64,000 nucleotides of DNA. Source: Eledone cirrhosa (taxonomy: Eukaryota). Position numbers and translations under genes: made by a program. Of the stretch, positions 1 through 16,255 are shown piece by piece; the stretch's first letter is position 1; every line of letters starts with the position of its first letter. The notes under the pieces are model-generated. The model did not search any database and had not been told where the DNA came from. It saw only the letters and a program-made list of their open reading frames with translations. Location of the stretch: NCBI GenBank assembly GCA_964016885.1, contig OZ024740.1, positions 214,396,001-214,460,000 of the forward strand. The letters run 5' to 3'.

Positions 1-3000
1 TAATACTAGCACCAATACACAAAAACTACTGCAAGCACACCACATCCACTAATACTAGCACCAATACACAAAAACTACTGCAAGCACACCACATCCACTA
101 ATACTAGCACCAATACACAAAAACTACTGCAACCACAGCACATCCACTAATACTAGCACCAATACACAAAAACTACTGCAACCACAGCACATCCACTAAT
201 ACTAGCACCAATGCACAAAAACTACTGCAACCACACCACATCCACTAATACTAGCACCAATACACAAAAACTACTGCAAGCACACCACATCCACTAATAC
301 TAGCACCAATGCACAAAAACTACTGCAACCACACCACATCCACTAATACTAGCACCAATACACAAAAACTACTGCAACCACACCACATCCACTAATACTA
401 GCACCAATACACAAAAACTACTGCAAGCACACCACATCCACTAATACTAGCACCAATACACAAAAACTACTGCAAGCACACCACATCCACTAATACTAGC
501 ACCAATACACAAAAACTACTGCAAGCACACCACATCCACTAATACTAGCACCAATACACAAAAACTACTGCAACCACAGCACATCCACTAATACTAGCAC
601 CAATACACAAAAACTACTGCAAGCACACCACATCCACTAATACTAGCACCAATACACAAAAACTACTGCAAGCACACCACATCCACTAATACTAGCACCA
701 ATACACAAAAACTACTGCAACCACAGCACATCCACTAATACTAGCACCAATACACAAAAACTACTGCAAGCACACCACATCCACTAATACTAGCACCAAT
801 ACACAAAAACTACTGCAAGCACACCACATCCACTAATACTAGCACCAATACACAAAAACTACTGCAACCACAGCACATCCACTAATACTAGCACCAATAC
901 ACAAAAACTACTGCAACCACAGCACATCCACTAATACTAGCACCAATGCACAAAAACTACTGCAACCACACCACATCCACTAATACTAGCACCAATACAC
1001 AAAAACTACTGCAAGCACACCACATCCACTAATACTAGCACCAATGCACAAAAACTACTGCAACCACACCACATCCACTAATACTAGCACCAATACACAA
1101 AAACTACTGCAACCATACCACATCCACTAATACTAGCACCAATACACAAAAACTACTGCAAGCACACCACATCCACTAATACTAGCACCAATACACAAAA
1201 ACTACTGCAACCACAGCACATCCACTAATACTAGCACCAATACACAAAAACTACTGCAAGCACACCACATCCACTAATACTAGCACCAATACACAAAAAC
1301 TACTGCAAGCACACCACATCCACTAATACTAGCACCAATACACAAAAACTACTGCAACCACAGCACATCCACTAATACTAGCACCAATACACAAAAACTA
1401 CTGCAAGCACACCACATCCACTAATACTAGCACCAATACACAAAAACTACTGCAAGCACACCACATCCACTAATACTAGCACCAATACACAAAAACTACT
1501 GCAACCACAGCACATCCACTAATACTAGCACCAATACACAAAAACTACTGCAACCACAGCACATCCACTAATACTAGCACCAATGCACAAAAACTACTGC
1601 AACCACACCACATCCACTAATACTAGCACCAATACACAAAAACTACTGCAAGCACACCACATCCACTAATACTAGCACCAATGCACAAAAACTACTGCAA
1701 CCACACCACATCCACTAATACTAGCACCAATACACAAAAACTACTGCAACCATACCACATCCACTAATACTAGCACCAATACACAAAAACTACTGCAAGC
1801 ACACCACATCCACTAATACTAGCACCAATACACAAAAACTACTGCAAGCACACCACATCCACTAATACTAGCACCAATACACAAAAACTACTGCAACCAC
1901 AGCACATCCACTAATACTAGCACCAATACACAAAAACTACTGCAACCACAGCACATCCACTAATACTAGCACCAATGCACAAAAACTACTGCAACCACAC
2001 CACATCCACTAATACTAGCACCAATACACAAAAAATACTGCAAGCACACCACATCCACTAATACTAGCACCAATGCACAAAAACTACTGCAACCACACCA
2101 CATCCACTAATACTAGCACCAATACACAAAAACTACTGCAACCACACCACATCCACTAATACTAGCACCAATACACAAAAACTACTGCAAGCACACCACA
2201 TCCACTAATACTAGCACCAATACACAAAAACTACTGCAAGCACACCACATCCACTAATACTAGCACCAATACACAAAAACTACTGCAACCACAGCACATC
2301 CACTAATACTAGCAGCAATACACAAAAACTACTGCAAACACAGCACATCCACCAATACTAGCACCAATACACAAAAACTACTGCAACCACAGCACATCCA
2401 CTAATACTAGCACCAATACACAAAAACTACTGCAAACACAGCACATCCACTAATACTAGCACCAATACACAAAAACTACTGCAACCACAGCACATCCACT
2501 AATACTAGCAGCAATACACAAAAACTACTGCAACCACACCACATCCACTAATACTACAATGCACAAAAACTACTGCAACCACACCACATCCACTAATACT
2601 AGCACCAATACACAAAAACTACTGCAACCAGACCACACCACACCACATCCACTAATACTAGCACCAATGCACAAAAACTACTGCAACCACACCACATCCA
2701 CTAATACTAGCACCAATACACAAAAACTACTGCAACCACAGCACATCCACTAATACTAGCACCAATACACAAAAACTACTGCAAGCACACCACATCCACT
2801 AATACTAGCACCAATACACAAAAACTACTGCAACCACAGCACATCCACTAATACTAGCACCAATACACAAAAACTACTGCAAGCACACCACATCCACTAA
2901 TACTAGCACCAATACACACAAACTACTGCAAGCACACCACATCCACTAATACTAGCACCAATACACAAAAACTACTGCAACCACAGCACATCCACTAATA

Positions 3001-6000
3001 CTAGCACCAATACACAAAAACTACTGCAAGCACACCACATCCACTAATACTAGCACCAATACACAAAAACTACTGCAAGCACACCACATCCACTAATACT
3101 AGCACCAATACACAAAAACTACTGCAACCACAGCACATCCACTAATACTAGCACCAATACACAAAAACTACTGCAACCACAGCACATCCACTAATACTAG
3201 CACCAATGCACAAAAACTACTGCAACCACACCACATCCACTAATACTAGCACCAATACACAAAAACTACTGCAAGCACACCACATCCACTAATACTAGCA
3301 CCAATGCACAAAAACTACTGCAACCACACCACATCCACTAATACTAGCACCAATACACAAAAACTACTGCAACCATACCACATCCACTAATACTAGCACC
3401 AATACACAAAAACTACTGCAAGCACACCACATCCACTAATACTAGCACCAATACACAAAAACTACTGCAAGCACACCACATCCACTAATACTAGCACCAA
3501 TACACAAAAACTACTGCAACCACAGCACATCCACTAATACTAGCACCAATACACAAAAACTACTGCAACCACAGCACATCCACTAATACTAGCACCAATG
3601 CACAAAAACTACTGCAACCACACCACATCCACTAATACTAGCACCAATACACAAAAACTACTGCAAGCACACCACATCCACTAATACTAGCACCAATGCA
3701 CAAAAACTACTGCAACCACACCACATCCACTAATACTAGCACCAATACACAAAAACTACTGCAACCATACCACATCCACTAATACTAGCACCAATACACA
3801 AAAACTACTGCAAGCACACCACATCCACTAATACTAGCACCAATACACAAAAACTACTGCAACCACAGCACATCCACTAATACTAGCACCAATACACAAA
3901 AACTACTGCAAGCACACCACATCCACTAATACTAGCACCAATACACAAAAACTACTGCAAGCACACCACATCCACTAATACTAGCACCAATACACAAAAA
4001 CTACTGCAACCACAGCACATCCACTAATACTAGCACCAATACACAAAAACTACTGCAAGCACACCACATCCACTAATACTAGCACCAATACACAAAAACT
4101 ACTGCAAGCACACCACATCCACTAATACTAGCACCAATACACAAAAACTACTGCAACCACAGCACATCCACTAATACTAGCACCAATACACAAAAACTAC
4201 TGCAACCACAGCACATCCACTAATACTAGCACCAATGCACAAAAACTACTGCAACCACACCACATCCACTAATACTAGCACCAATACACAAAAACTACTG
4301 CAAGCACACCACATCCACTAATACTAGCACCAATGCACAAAAACTACTGCAACCACACCACATCCACTAATACTAGCACCAATACACAAAAACTACTGCA
4401 ACCATACCACATCCACTAATACTAGCACCAATACACAAAAACTACTGCAAGCACACCACATCCACTAATACTAGCACCAATACACAAAAACTACTGCAAG
4501 CACACCACATCCACTAATACTAGCACCAATACACAAAAACTACTGCAACCACAGCACATCCACTAATACTAGCACCAATACACAAAAACTACTGCAACCA
4601 CAGCACATCCACTAATACTAGCACCAATGCACAAAAACTACTGCAACCACACCACATCCACTAATACTAGCACCAATACACAAAAAATACTGCAAGCACA
4701 CCACATCCACTAATACTAGCACCAATGCACAAAAACTACTGCAACCACACCACATCCACTAATACTAGCACCAATACACAAAAACTACTGCAAGCACACC
4801 ACATCCACTAATACTAGCACCAATACACAAAAACTACTGCAAGCACACCACATCCACTAATACTAGCACCAATACACAAAAACTACTGCAACCACAGCAC
4901 ATCCACTAATACTAGCAGCAATACACAAAAACTACTGCAAACACAGCACATCCACCAATACTAGCACCAATACACAAAAACTACTGCAACCACAGCACAT
5001 CCACTAATACTAGCACCAATACACAAAAACTACTGCAAACACAGCACATCCACTAATACTAGCACCAATACACAAAAACTACTGCAACCACAGCACATCC
5101 ACTAATACTAGCAGCAATACACAAAAACTACTGCAACCACACCACATCCACTAATACTACAATGCACAAAAACTACTGCAACCACACCACATCCACTAAT
5201 ACTAGCACCAATACACAAAAACTACTGCAACCAGACCACACCACACCACATCCACTAATACTAGCACCAATGCACAAAAACTACTGCAACCACACCACAT
5301 CCACTAATACGAGCACCAATGCACAAAAACTACTGCAACCACACCACATCCACTAATACTAGCACCAATACACAAAAACTACTGCAACCACAGCACATCC
5401 ACTAATACTAGCACCAATACACAAAAACTACTGCAACCACAGCACATCCACTAATACTAGCACCAATGCACAAAAACTACTGCAACCACACCACATCCAC
5501 TAATACTAGCACCAATACACAAAAAATACTGCAAGCACACCACATCCACTAATACTAGCACCAATGCACAAAAAGTACTGCAACCACACCACATCCACTA
5601 ATACTAGCACCAATACACAAAAACTACTGCAACCACACCACATCCACTAATACTAGCACCAATACACAAAAACTACTGCAAGCACACCACATCCACTAAT
5701 ACTAGCACCAATACACAAAAACTACTGCAAGCACACCACATCCACTAATACTAGCACCAATACACAAAAACTACTGCAACCACAGCACATCCACTAATAC
5801 TAGCAGCAATACACAAAAACTACTGCAAACACAGCACATCCACCAATACTAGCACCAATACACAAAAACTACTGCAACCACAGCACATCCACTAATACTA
5901 GCACCAATACACAAAAACTACTGCAAACACAGCACATCCACTAATACTAGCACCAATACACAAAAACTACTGCAACCACAGCACATCCACTAATACTAGC

Positions 6001-9000
6001 AGCAATACACAAAAACTACTGCAACCACACCACATCCACTAATACTACAATGCACAAAAACTACTGCAACCACACCACATCCACTAATACTAGCACCAAT
6101 ACACAAAAACTACTGCAACCAGACCACACCACACCACATCCACTAATACTAGCACCAATGCACAAAAACTACTGCAACCACACCACATCCACTAATACGA
6201 GCACCAATGCACAAAAACTACTGCAACCACACCACATCCACTAATACTAGCACCAATACACAAAAAATTCTGCAACCACAGCACATCCACTAATACTAGC
6301 ACCAATACACAAAAACTACTGCAACCACACCACATCCACTAATAGTAGCAGCAATACACAAAAACTACTGCAACCACACCACATCCACTAATACTAGCAC
6401 CAATACACAAAAACTACTTGCAACCACAGCACATCCACTAATAGTAGCAGCAATACACAAAAACTACTGCAACCACACCACATCCAGTAATACTAGCACC
6501 AATACACAAAAACTACTTGCAACCACAGCACATCCACTAATAGTAGCAGCAATACACAAAAACTACTGCAACCACACCACATCCACTAATACTAGCACCA
6601 ATACACAAAAACTACTGCAAACACAGCACATCCACTAATACTAGCACTAATACACAAAACTACTGCAACCACAGCACATCCACTAATACTAGCACCAATA
6701 CACAAAAACTACTGCAAGCACACCACATCCACTAATACTAGCACCAATACACAAAAACTACTGCAACCACAGCACATCCACTAATACTAGCACCAATACA
6801 CAAAAACTACTGCAAACACAGCACATCCACTAATACGAGCAGTAATACACAAAAACTACTGCAAACACAGCACATCCACTAATACTAGCACCAATACACA
6901 AAAACTACTGCAACCACAGCACCTCCACTAATACTAGCAGCAATACACAAAAACTACTGCAACCACACCACATCCACTAATACTAGCAGCAATACCAAAA
7001 AACTACTGCAACCACACCACATCCACTAATACTAGCACCAATACACAAAAACTACTGCAACCACACCACCTCCACTAATACTAGCAGCAATACACAAAAA
7101 CTACTGCAACCACACCACATCCACTAATAATAGCAGCAATACACAAAAACTACTGCAACCACACCACATCCACTAATAATAGCAGCAATACACAAAAACT
7201 ACTGCAACCACACCACATCCACTAATAATAGCAGCAATACACAAAAACTACTGCAACCACACCAATCCACTAATACGAGCACCAATACACAAAAACTACT
7301 GCAACCACACCACATCCACTAATGCTAGCACCAATACACAAAAACTACTGCAACCACTGCACATCCACTAATACTAGCACCAATACACAAAAACTACTGC
7401 AACCACACCACATCCACTAATACGAGCACCAATACACAAAAACTACTGCAACCACACCACATCCACTAATACTAGCACCAATACACAAAAACTACTGCAA
7501 CCACACCACATCCACTAATACTAGCACCAATACACAAAAACTACTGCAAACACAGCACATCCACTAATACTAGCACCAATACACAAAAACTACTGCAACC
7601 ATAGCACATCCACTAATACTAGCACCAATACACAAAAACTACTGCAACCACACCACATCCACTAATACTAGCACCAATACACAAAAACTAATGCAACCAC
7701 ACCACATCCACTAATACTAGCAGCAATACACAAAAACTAATGCAACCACACCACATCCACTAATACTAGCACCAATACACAAAAACTAATGCAACCACAC
7801 CACATCCACTAATACTAGCACCAATACACAAAAACTAATGCAACCACACCACATCCACTAATACTAGCACCAATACACAAAAACTAATGCAACCACACCA
7901 CATCCACTAATACTAGCACCAATACACAAAAACTACTGCAACAACACGACATCCACTAATACTAGCAGCAATACACAAAAACTACTGCAACCACACCACA
8001 TCCACTAATACTAGCACCAATACACAAAACTACTGCAACCACACCACATCCACTAATACTAGCACCAATACACAAAAACTACTGCAAACACAGCACATCC
8101 ACTAATACTAGCACCAATACACAAAAACTACTGCAACCACAGCACATCCACTAATACTAGCACCGATACACAAAAACTACTTCAAACACAGCACATCCAC
8201 TAATACTAGCAGCAATACACAAAAACTACTGTAACCACACCACATCCACTAATACTAGCACCAATACACAAACACTACTGCAAACACAGCACATCCACTA
8301 ATACTAGCAGCAATACACAGAAACTACTGCAACCACACCACATCCACTAATACTAGCAGCAATACACAGAAACTACTGCAACCAGACCACATCCACTTAT
8401 ACTAGCAGCAATACACAAAAACTACTGCAACCATACCACATCCACTAATACTAGCACCAATACACAAAAACTACTGCAACCAAACCACATCCACTAATAC
8501 TAGCACCAATACACAAAAACTACTGCAAACACAGCACATCCACTAATACTAGCAGCAATACACAAAAACTACTGCAACCACACCACATCCACTAATACTA
8601 GCACCAATACACAAAAACTACTGCAACCACACCACATCCACTAATACTAGCACCAATACACAGAAACTACTGCAACCACACCACATCCACTAATACTAGC
8701 ACCAATACACAGAAACTACTGCAACCAAACCACATCCACTAATACTAGCAGCAATACACAAAAACTGCTGCAACCACACCACATCCACTAATACTAGCAC
8801 CAATACACAAAAACTACTGCAACCACACCACATCCACTAATACTAGCACCAATACACAGAAACTACTGCAACCAAACCACATCCACTAATACTAGCACCA
8901 ATACACAAACACTACTGCAACCACACCACATCCACTAATACTAGCACCAATGCACAAAAACTACTGCAACGACAGCACATCCACTAATACTAGCACCAAT

Positions 9001-11640
9001 ACACAAAAACTACTGCAACCACACCACATCCACTAATACTAGCAGCAATACACAAAAACTACTGCAACCACACCACATCCACTAATACTAGCACCAATGC
9101 ACAAAAACTACTGCAACCACACCACATCCACTAATACTAGCACCAATACACAAAAACTACTGCAACCACACCACATCCACTAATACTAGCAGCAATACAC
9201 AAAAACTGCTGCAACCACACCACATCCACTAATACTAGCACCAATACACAAAAACTACTGCAACCACACCACATCCACTAATACTAGCACCAATACACAA
9301 AAACTACTGCAACCACACCACATCCACTAATACTAGCACCAATACACAAAAACTACTGCAACCACACCACATCCACTAATACTAGCACCAATACACAAAA
9401 ACTACTGCAACCACACCACATCCACTAATACTAGCACCAATACACAAAAACTACTGCAACCACACCACATCCACTAATACTAGCACCAATGCACAAAAAC
9501 TACTGCAACCACAGCACATCCACTAATACTAGCAGCAATACACAAAAACTACTGCAACCACAGCACATCCACTAATACTAGCAGCAATACACAAAAACTA
9601 CTGCAACCACACCACATCCACTAATACTAGCACCAATACACAAAAACTACTGCAAACACAGCACATCCACTAATAGTAGCAGCAATACACAAAAACTACT
9701 GCAACCACACCACATCCACTAATACTAGCACCAATACACAAAAACTACTGCAACCACAGCACATCCACTAATACGAGCACCAATACACAAAAACTACTGC
9801 AACCACAGCACATCCACTAATACGAGCACCAATACACAAAAACTACTGCAACCACACCACATCCACTAATACTAGCACCAATACACAAAAACTACTGCAA
9901 CCACAGCACATCCACTAATACGAGCACCAATACACAAAAACTACTGCAGCCACAGCACATCCACTAATGCTAGCACCAATACACAAAAACTACTGCAACC
10001 ACACCACATCCACTAATACTAGCACCAATACACAAAAACTTGTGCAACCACACCACATCCACTAATACAAGCACCAATACACAAAAACTACTGCAACCAC
10101 AGCACATCCACTAATACTAGCACCAATACACAAAAACTACTGCAACCACAGCACATCCACTAATACGAGCACCAATACACAAAAACTACTGCAACCACAG
10201 CACATCCACTAATACTAGCACCAATACACAAAAACTACTGCAACCACAGCACATCCACTAATACGAGCACCAATACACAAAAACTACTGCAACCACAGCA
10301 CATCCACCAATACTAGCACCAATACACAAAAACTACTGCAAGCACACCACATCCACTAATACGAGCACCAATACACAAAAACTACTGCAACCACACCACA
10401 TCCACTAATACGAGAACCAATACACAAAAACTACTGCAACCACAGCACATCCACTAATACTAGCACCAATACACAAAAACTACTGCAACCACACCACATG
10501 CACTAATACCAACACCAATGCACAAAAACTACTGCATCCACACCACATCCACTAATACTAGCACCAATACACAAAAACTACTGCAACCACACCACACCAC
10601 ATCCACTTATACTAGCACCAATACACAAAATCTACTGCAACCACACCACATCCACTAATACTAGCACCAATACACAAAAACTACTGCAACCACACCACCT
10701 CCACTAATACTAGCACCAATACACAAAAACTACTGCAACCACACCACATCCACTAATACTAGCACCAATACACAAAAACTACTGCAACCACACCACATCC
10801 ACTAATACTAGCACCAATACACAAAAACTACTGCAACCACACCACATCCACTAATACTAGCACCAATACACAAAAACTACTGCAACCACACCACATCCAC
10901 TAATACTAGCACCAATGCACAAAAACTACTGCAACCACACCACATCCACTAATACTAGCACCAATACACAAAAACTACTGCAACCAGACCACACCACATC
11001 CACTAATACTAGCACCAATACACAAAAACTACTGCAACCACACCACATCCACTAATACTAGCACCAATACACAAAAACTACTGCAACCACACCACATCCA
11101 CTAATACTAGCACCAATACACAAAAACTACTGCAACCACACCACATCCACTAATACTAGCACCAATGCACAAAAACTACTGCAACCACACCACATCCACT
11201 AATACTAGCACCAATACACAAAAACTACTGCAACCAGACCACACCACATCCACTAATACTAGCACCAATACACAAAAACTACTGCAACCACACCACATCC
11301 ACTAATACTAGCACCAATACACAAAAACTACTGCAACCACAGCACATCCACTAATACTAGCACCAATACACAAAAACTACTGCAACCACAGCACATCCAC
11401 TGATACTAGCACCAATACACAAAAACTGCTGCAACCACAGCACACCAAATCCACTAATACTAGCACCAATACACAAAAACTACTGCAACCACAGAACACC
11501 ACATCCACTAATAATAGCACCAATACACCAAAAATAATGCAACTACAGCACACCACACCCACCAATACTATCAGGAATGCACAAAAACTACTGCAACCAC
11601 AGCACGCCACATCCATTAATACTAGCACCAATACCACAAA
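1..11640. repeat. 49-bp minisatellite array (~235 copies; continues beyond window start)
   Basis: Unit TAATACTAGCACCAATACACAAAAACTACTGCAA(G/C)CACA(C/G)CACATCCAC; first two units start at 1 and 50; homogeneous on the left, more diverged after ~6250. Confidence 0.98.
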
Positions 11641-11649
11641 CAACTACTG

Positions 11650-13262
11650 CAACCACACCATACTACACCACCCCACACCACACTACAATGCACCACGCTA
11701 CACTACACCACACCACACCTCACCACACCACGCTACACTACACTACACCACACTGCACCACACCATACTACACCACACCACACTACACTACACCACGCTA
11801 CACTACACCACACCACACCACACCACACCACACCACACTACACTACACTACACCGCACTACACTACACCACACCACACCATACTGCACCACACCACACTA
11901 CACTACACCACACCACACCACACTACACTACACCACTCCACAGCACACCACACTATACCAGACTGCACCACACCATACTACACCACACTACACTACACTA
12001 CACCACACCCCACCACACCACACCACACTATACTACACCACAGCACACCACACTACACTACACCAGACTGCACCACACCATACTACACCACCCGACACCA
12101 CACTACAATGCACCGCGCTACACTACACCACACCACACCAGACCACACGACACTACACCGCACTGCACCACACCATACTACACCACACCACACCACACTA
12201 CATTACACCACGCTACACTACACCACACCACACCACACCACACCACACCACACCACACCACACTACACTACACCACACTACACTACACCACACCACACGA
12301 CACCACACCACACTACACTACACCACACTACACTACACTACACCACACCACACGACACCACACCACACCACACTACACTACACCACACTACACTACACTA
12401 CACTACACCACACCACACGACACCACACCACACCACACTACACTACACCACACTACACCACACTACACTACACCAGACTGCACCACACCATACTACACCA
12501 CACCACACTACACTACACTACACTACACTACACCACACCACACTACACCACACCACACTACGCTACCCCACACCACAGCACACCACACTACACTACACCA
12601 TACTGCACCACACCAAACTACACCACCCGACACGACACTACAATGCACCGCGCTACACTACACCAGACCACACCACACCACACTACACTACACCACACCA
12701 CACTACACCACAGCACAGCACAGCACACCACACTACACTACACCACACCACATCACACCACACTACACTACACCACACTACAATACACCACACCACACTA
12801 CACTACACACACCACACCACATCACATCACACCACACTACACTACACCAAACCACACCACACCACACTACACTACACCACACCACATCACACTACACCAC
12901 ACTACAATACACCACACCACACTACACTACACACACCACACCACATCACACCACACCACACTACACTACACCACATCACACCACACTACACTACACCAAA
13001 CCACACCACATCACACCAGACCAGACTACTCTACACCACACTACACCACACTACACCACACTACACTACACCACCCTACATTACACCACACCAGATCACA
13101 CGACACTACACTACACCAAACCACATCACACCACACTACACTACACCACACCACACTACACCAGTCTACATTACACCACACCACACCACACCACAACACA
13201 CCACACCACACCACACCACACCACACTATACTACACTACACTACACTACACTACACCACACC
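11650..13262. repeat. Degenerate (CACCA/CACTA)n pentanucleotide array
   Basis: Read directly; source of the H/T/P/Y-rich ORFs. Confidence 0.95.
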
Positions 13263-13263
13263 G

Positions 13264-13440
13264 CGGAAAAGTTCATAGGCTGACCAAGATACTCTCATGG
13301 AATGAGCAAATAAGGTTTATTTTTCAACAAAGTGCCTGGAAAAAACAATGCAGTTATTATTAAGAATAGTTGAAATTAATGTAAGCAAGATTTCACAGCA
13401 CTAGCATCACTCCTTCATAGTCTGCCCATGAGCCATTCAG
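13264..13440. mobile_element. Short mariner-like non-autonomous element or TIR remnant
   Basis: Left end GAAAAGTTCATAGGCTGACC; degenerate inverted right end TTCATAGTCTGCCCATGAGCCATTCAG; right end resembles 21101-21170; family call from recall. Confidence 0.5.
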
Positions 13441-13643
13441 GATAACATCGTATATATTACCCAATCCATGGTTATTTAATTGAATATATATCCTGTCTGT
13501 TAGTATAACTACATTGCGATGAAAGCTAACATCTTCACTCCAATAGTGTACATTTTCACAACAGTCTGTCCTCTGGTAAAGATACTATAACCATATGGAT
13601 TAACAAACTTGCTAAAGCAGTTATTTGACCCTGCATTATTACA

Positions 13644-13823
13644 ATTGGCTGTATCGGTAGAGGGTCGGACGCCATGCTTTCTAGCATAGTTACGTCCCTT
13701 TACGGTTTGAGTTCAAATCCCGTCGAGGTTAACTTTGCCTTTCATCCTTACGGGGTCGATAAAATAAAGTACCAGTAATGTACTGGATAATTGCTGGCCT
13801 TGTGCCAAAAGTAGAAACAATTA
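13644..13823 (+). mobile_element. tRNA-derived SINE, family A
   Basis: A-box-like TGGC.GTATCGGTAG, B-box GAGTTCAAATCC, body GCCTTTCATCCTTACGGGGTCGATAAAATAAAGTACCAG, tail GTAGAAACAATTA; >10 similar copies in window. Confidence 0.9.
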
Positions 13824-14029
13824 TTACAGGATGTCCAGAATTAAGGGACATATATTTCATTCTAATACATTGAGGGATCACATAGATATTTCTTCGAGTG
13901 TTCTTTTAGTGTATGCATTCATATGTTTGCAAATATATATGTGTGTTTAAGGAGGGTAGAATGATTTGTGGTATTCCTTTCGATTCTCTGCTAGAGCATT
14001 CAAATCCCACCACTCTATCCCCCCGCTCT

Positions 14030-14263
14030 ATGAGTTCAAATCCATTAGAGGTCGATAAAAATGTACCAGTCATGTACTGGGGTCTAATCTTCCTCTATAT
14101 CTTTCTCACTTCCTTTCTCTCACTTTCTATCCTTCTCTGGAAGACATCTGGTGTAGTCAGGCCTGGAGAGGAGATGGACTCCGCCATGATAAAACAAAAA
14201 CTGCCCTAGAAACGCCGTATGTTAATACAGTGGACCTACCACTCCCTCGGGAGTTATGGGACC
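14030..14263 (+). mobile_element. SINE-like composite repeat: family A core plus a distinct 3' body
   Basis: 3' body CTATCCTTCTCT...TGCCCTAGAAA...GGGAGTTA(T/C)GGGACCA recurs at 31130-31281 after a similar SINE head. Confidence 0.65.
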
Positions 14264-14902
14264 ATATATGCATGTGTGTCTATTTGCGTATGCGTGTATG
14301 TGTGAGTATATGCATGTTTACGCGCGCGCGCGTGTGTGTGTGTGTGTGTGTGTGTGTGTAGGCTTATATACATTTTGTGTGTAACGAATGTATCCTATTG
14401 TGTGTATATATGTATGTATATATGTGTATACTTTTTGTACGTGCTGTATATAAATAAGTATATGGGATTTTAAGTACTTAAGAATGTTGTGCATACAACT
14501 GCGTGTGGACGTATATATACTTATGGCTTTTATGCGAGCAGTATATATATATATATGTGTCGGTCTATCTGTGTGTACGTGTGCACGCGCATATGCATTT
14601 TATGCATACGCCGTTTGTGGACATGCATATGTGCGTATGTGGGCGTGTTTGCATATGCATTTTGTGTGTGCAGCGTGTGCACGTCTGCCTGTTTCTGTGT
14701 TCAAATGCATCTTGAGGTGTGTGTGTGTAGAAAGAAGAGAAGCTGCTCTTAAGATATTTGTGTGATCGTATATATAATGCTATGGTTATTTCATTATTCG
14801 AAGGCGATGGAGTGGCAGAATCGGTAGAGTGTCGCACAAATTGGCTTACAGTGTTTCATTACATCTCTTGATTTAACTTCAAATACTGTTGAATGAATTA
14901 CA

Positions 14903-15043
14903 GGTACAATTCATTTTTGCCAGCTGAGTGAGCTGGAGCTACGTGAAATAAAGTGTCTTGAACAATGTATTGCCTTGTCTGTGAATCGAACTCACTGCTT
15001 TACGGTGGTGAGACACCCTAACGAATAAGTGATGCTCCTTCAC
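14903..15043 (-). mobile_element. Diverged tRNA-SINE of a second family
   Basis: Minus strand GAGTTCGATTC B box followed by CAAGACACTTTATTTCACG..GCTCCAGCTCACTCAGCTGGCAAAAATGA. Confidence 0.55.
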
Positions 15044-15045
15044 AC

Positions 15046-15107
<62 letters not shown>

Positions 15108-15108
15108 A

Positions 15109-15980
15109 GAGGGTTGGTCCGCAGCAAGTGCGACGACGCGCTCGGTGAAACTCTAGGCGTGGAGGAAGATGAACTGGCCAGTCTGTTCGGTAGGACCTTC
15201 CGCCCGGGACCGATGGACAACTTCCAAAAGTCCCTGGCCTGGCAGTGCTACCGAGGAGCTCTACCAGTTCGAGACAAGCTCTACAGACATGGGCGCCCGG
15301 GCAGGGACCCTGCAAAAAAGATCTGTCCGAGGTGCGTGCGAGACGAAGAAACCGTCGCGCACGCATTCATACACTGCCCGGGCGTCACTGACCTGTGGGG
15401 CTATGTAGAACGACTATTGTCGCGGGTGGGACCAATCCAGTTGACCACCGAGTCCATTGTCATGATCAAACCGCCACCCTCCTTCAAAAACGAAGGAGAG
15501 GCGGTTTTCCTTTGTGTGATAGCTATGGCGAAAGAGGTTGTATGGTGGACAAGGTTGAAAGGGCTGAGGTCAGACACCTTTCTCTCCGGCCAACAACTGA
15601 TTCTTTTTTTCAAATACCACTTTGGAAGAAGAATCAGGATGGAGAGAGAGGTGCTGTACCCCAGCAAGTTTTATGAAAGGTGGGTGAAAGTGGCGAGAAT
15701 GGCCCGAGTGAATGGGCCTTCTCTCTATATCAGCCTGTAGGTTGAGGAAAAGGAGGAGGAGAGGAAAGGAGTACAAGCTCTTCGTACTCCTGGAGATGAG
15801 GGTTGCACATTTTTTTCGGGGGTCTGTGTTACCCATATAAACTGTCTCCCTCTATTGGGGAAAATCGACTAACTTTTAAATTCCATCTGTGATAACATTT
15901 TACACGTTTTTATTGTATGTAAACTTCCCCCTTTGTATTTGTCCCCTTCTTTTGTGCCCCTGTGGCTAATAAAGAAATAT
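15109..15980 (+). mobile_element. 5'-truncated Tx1/L1-like LINE: ORF2 C-terminus (RT zinc-binding region) plus 3' UTR
   Basis: ORF 15114-15740 has WQCYRGALPVRDKL..CPRC..EETVAHAFIHC; ends in AATAAAGAAA; (TATC)n on both sides; homologous to 52683-53190 and 55078-57645. Confidence 0.88.
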
Positions 15981-16020
15981 ATCTATCTATCTATCTATAT
16001 CATATTCTCCCCCCCCCCCC

Positions 16021-16079
<59 letters not shown>

Positions 16080-16217
16080 GTATAGTCAACTAGCTAGGTA
16101 GCTAGATAGATATATTTGTGTGTTCCTGTCTGTGTGCCTGTGTATGCGTCTGTGCCTGTGTGCACCTGCGTGTGTGAGTATAATGAGAGCGAAGATGAGA
16201 GAAAGAGTGTGTGTGTA

Positions 16218-16255
<38 letters not shown>

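Noticed and set aside
11537-13363. 608/568-aa His/Thr/Pro/Tyr-rich ORFs
   Set aside because: All three frames give the same peptide pattern from a pentamer repeat.
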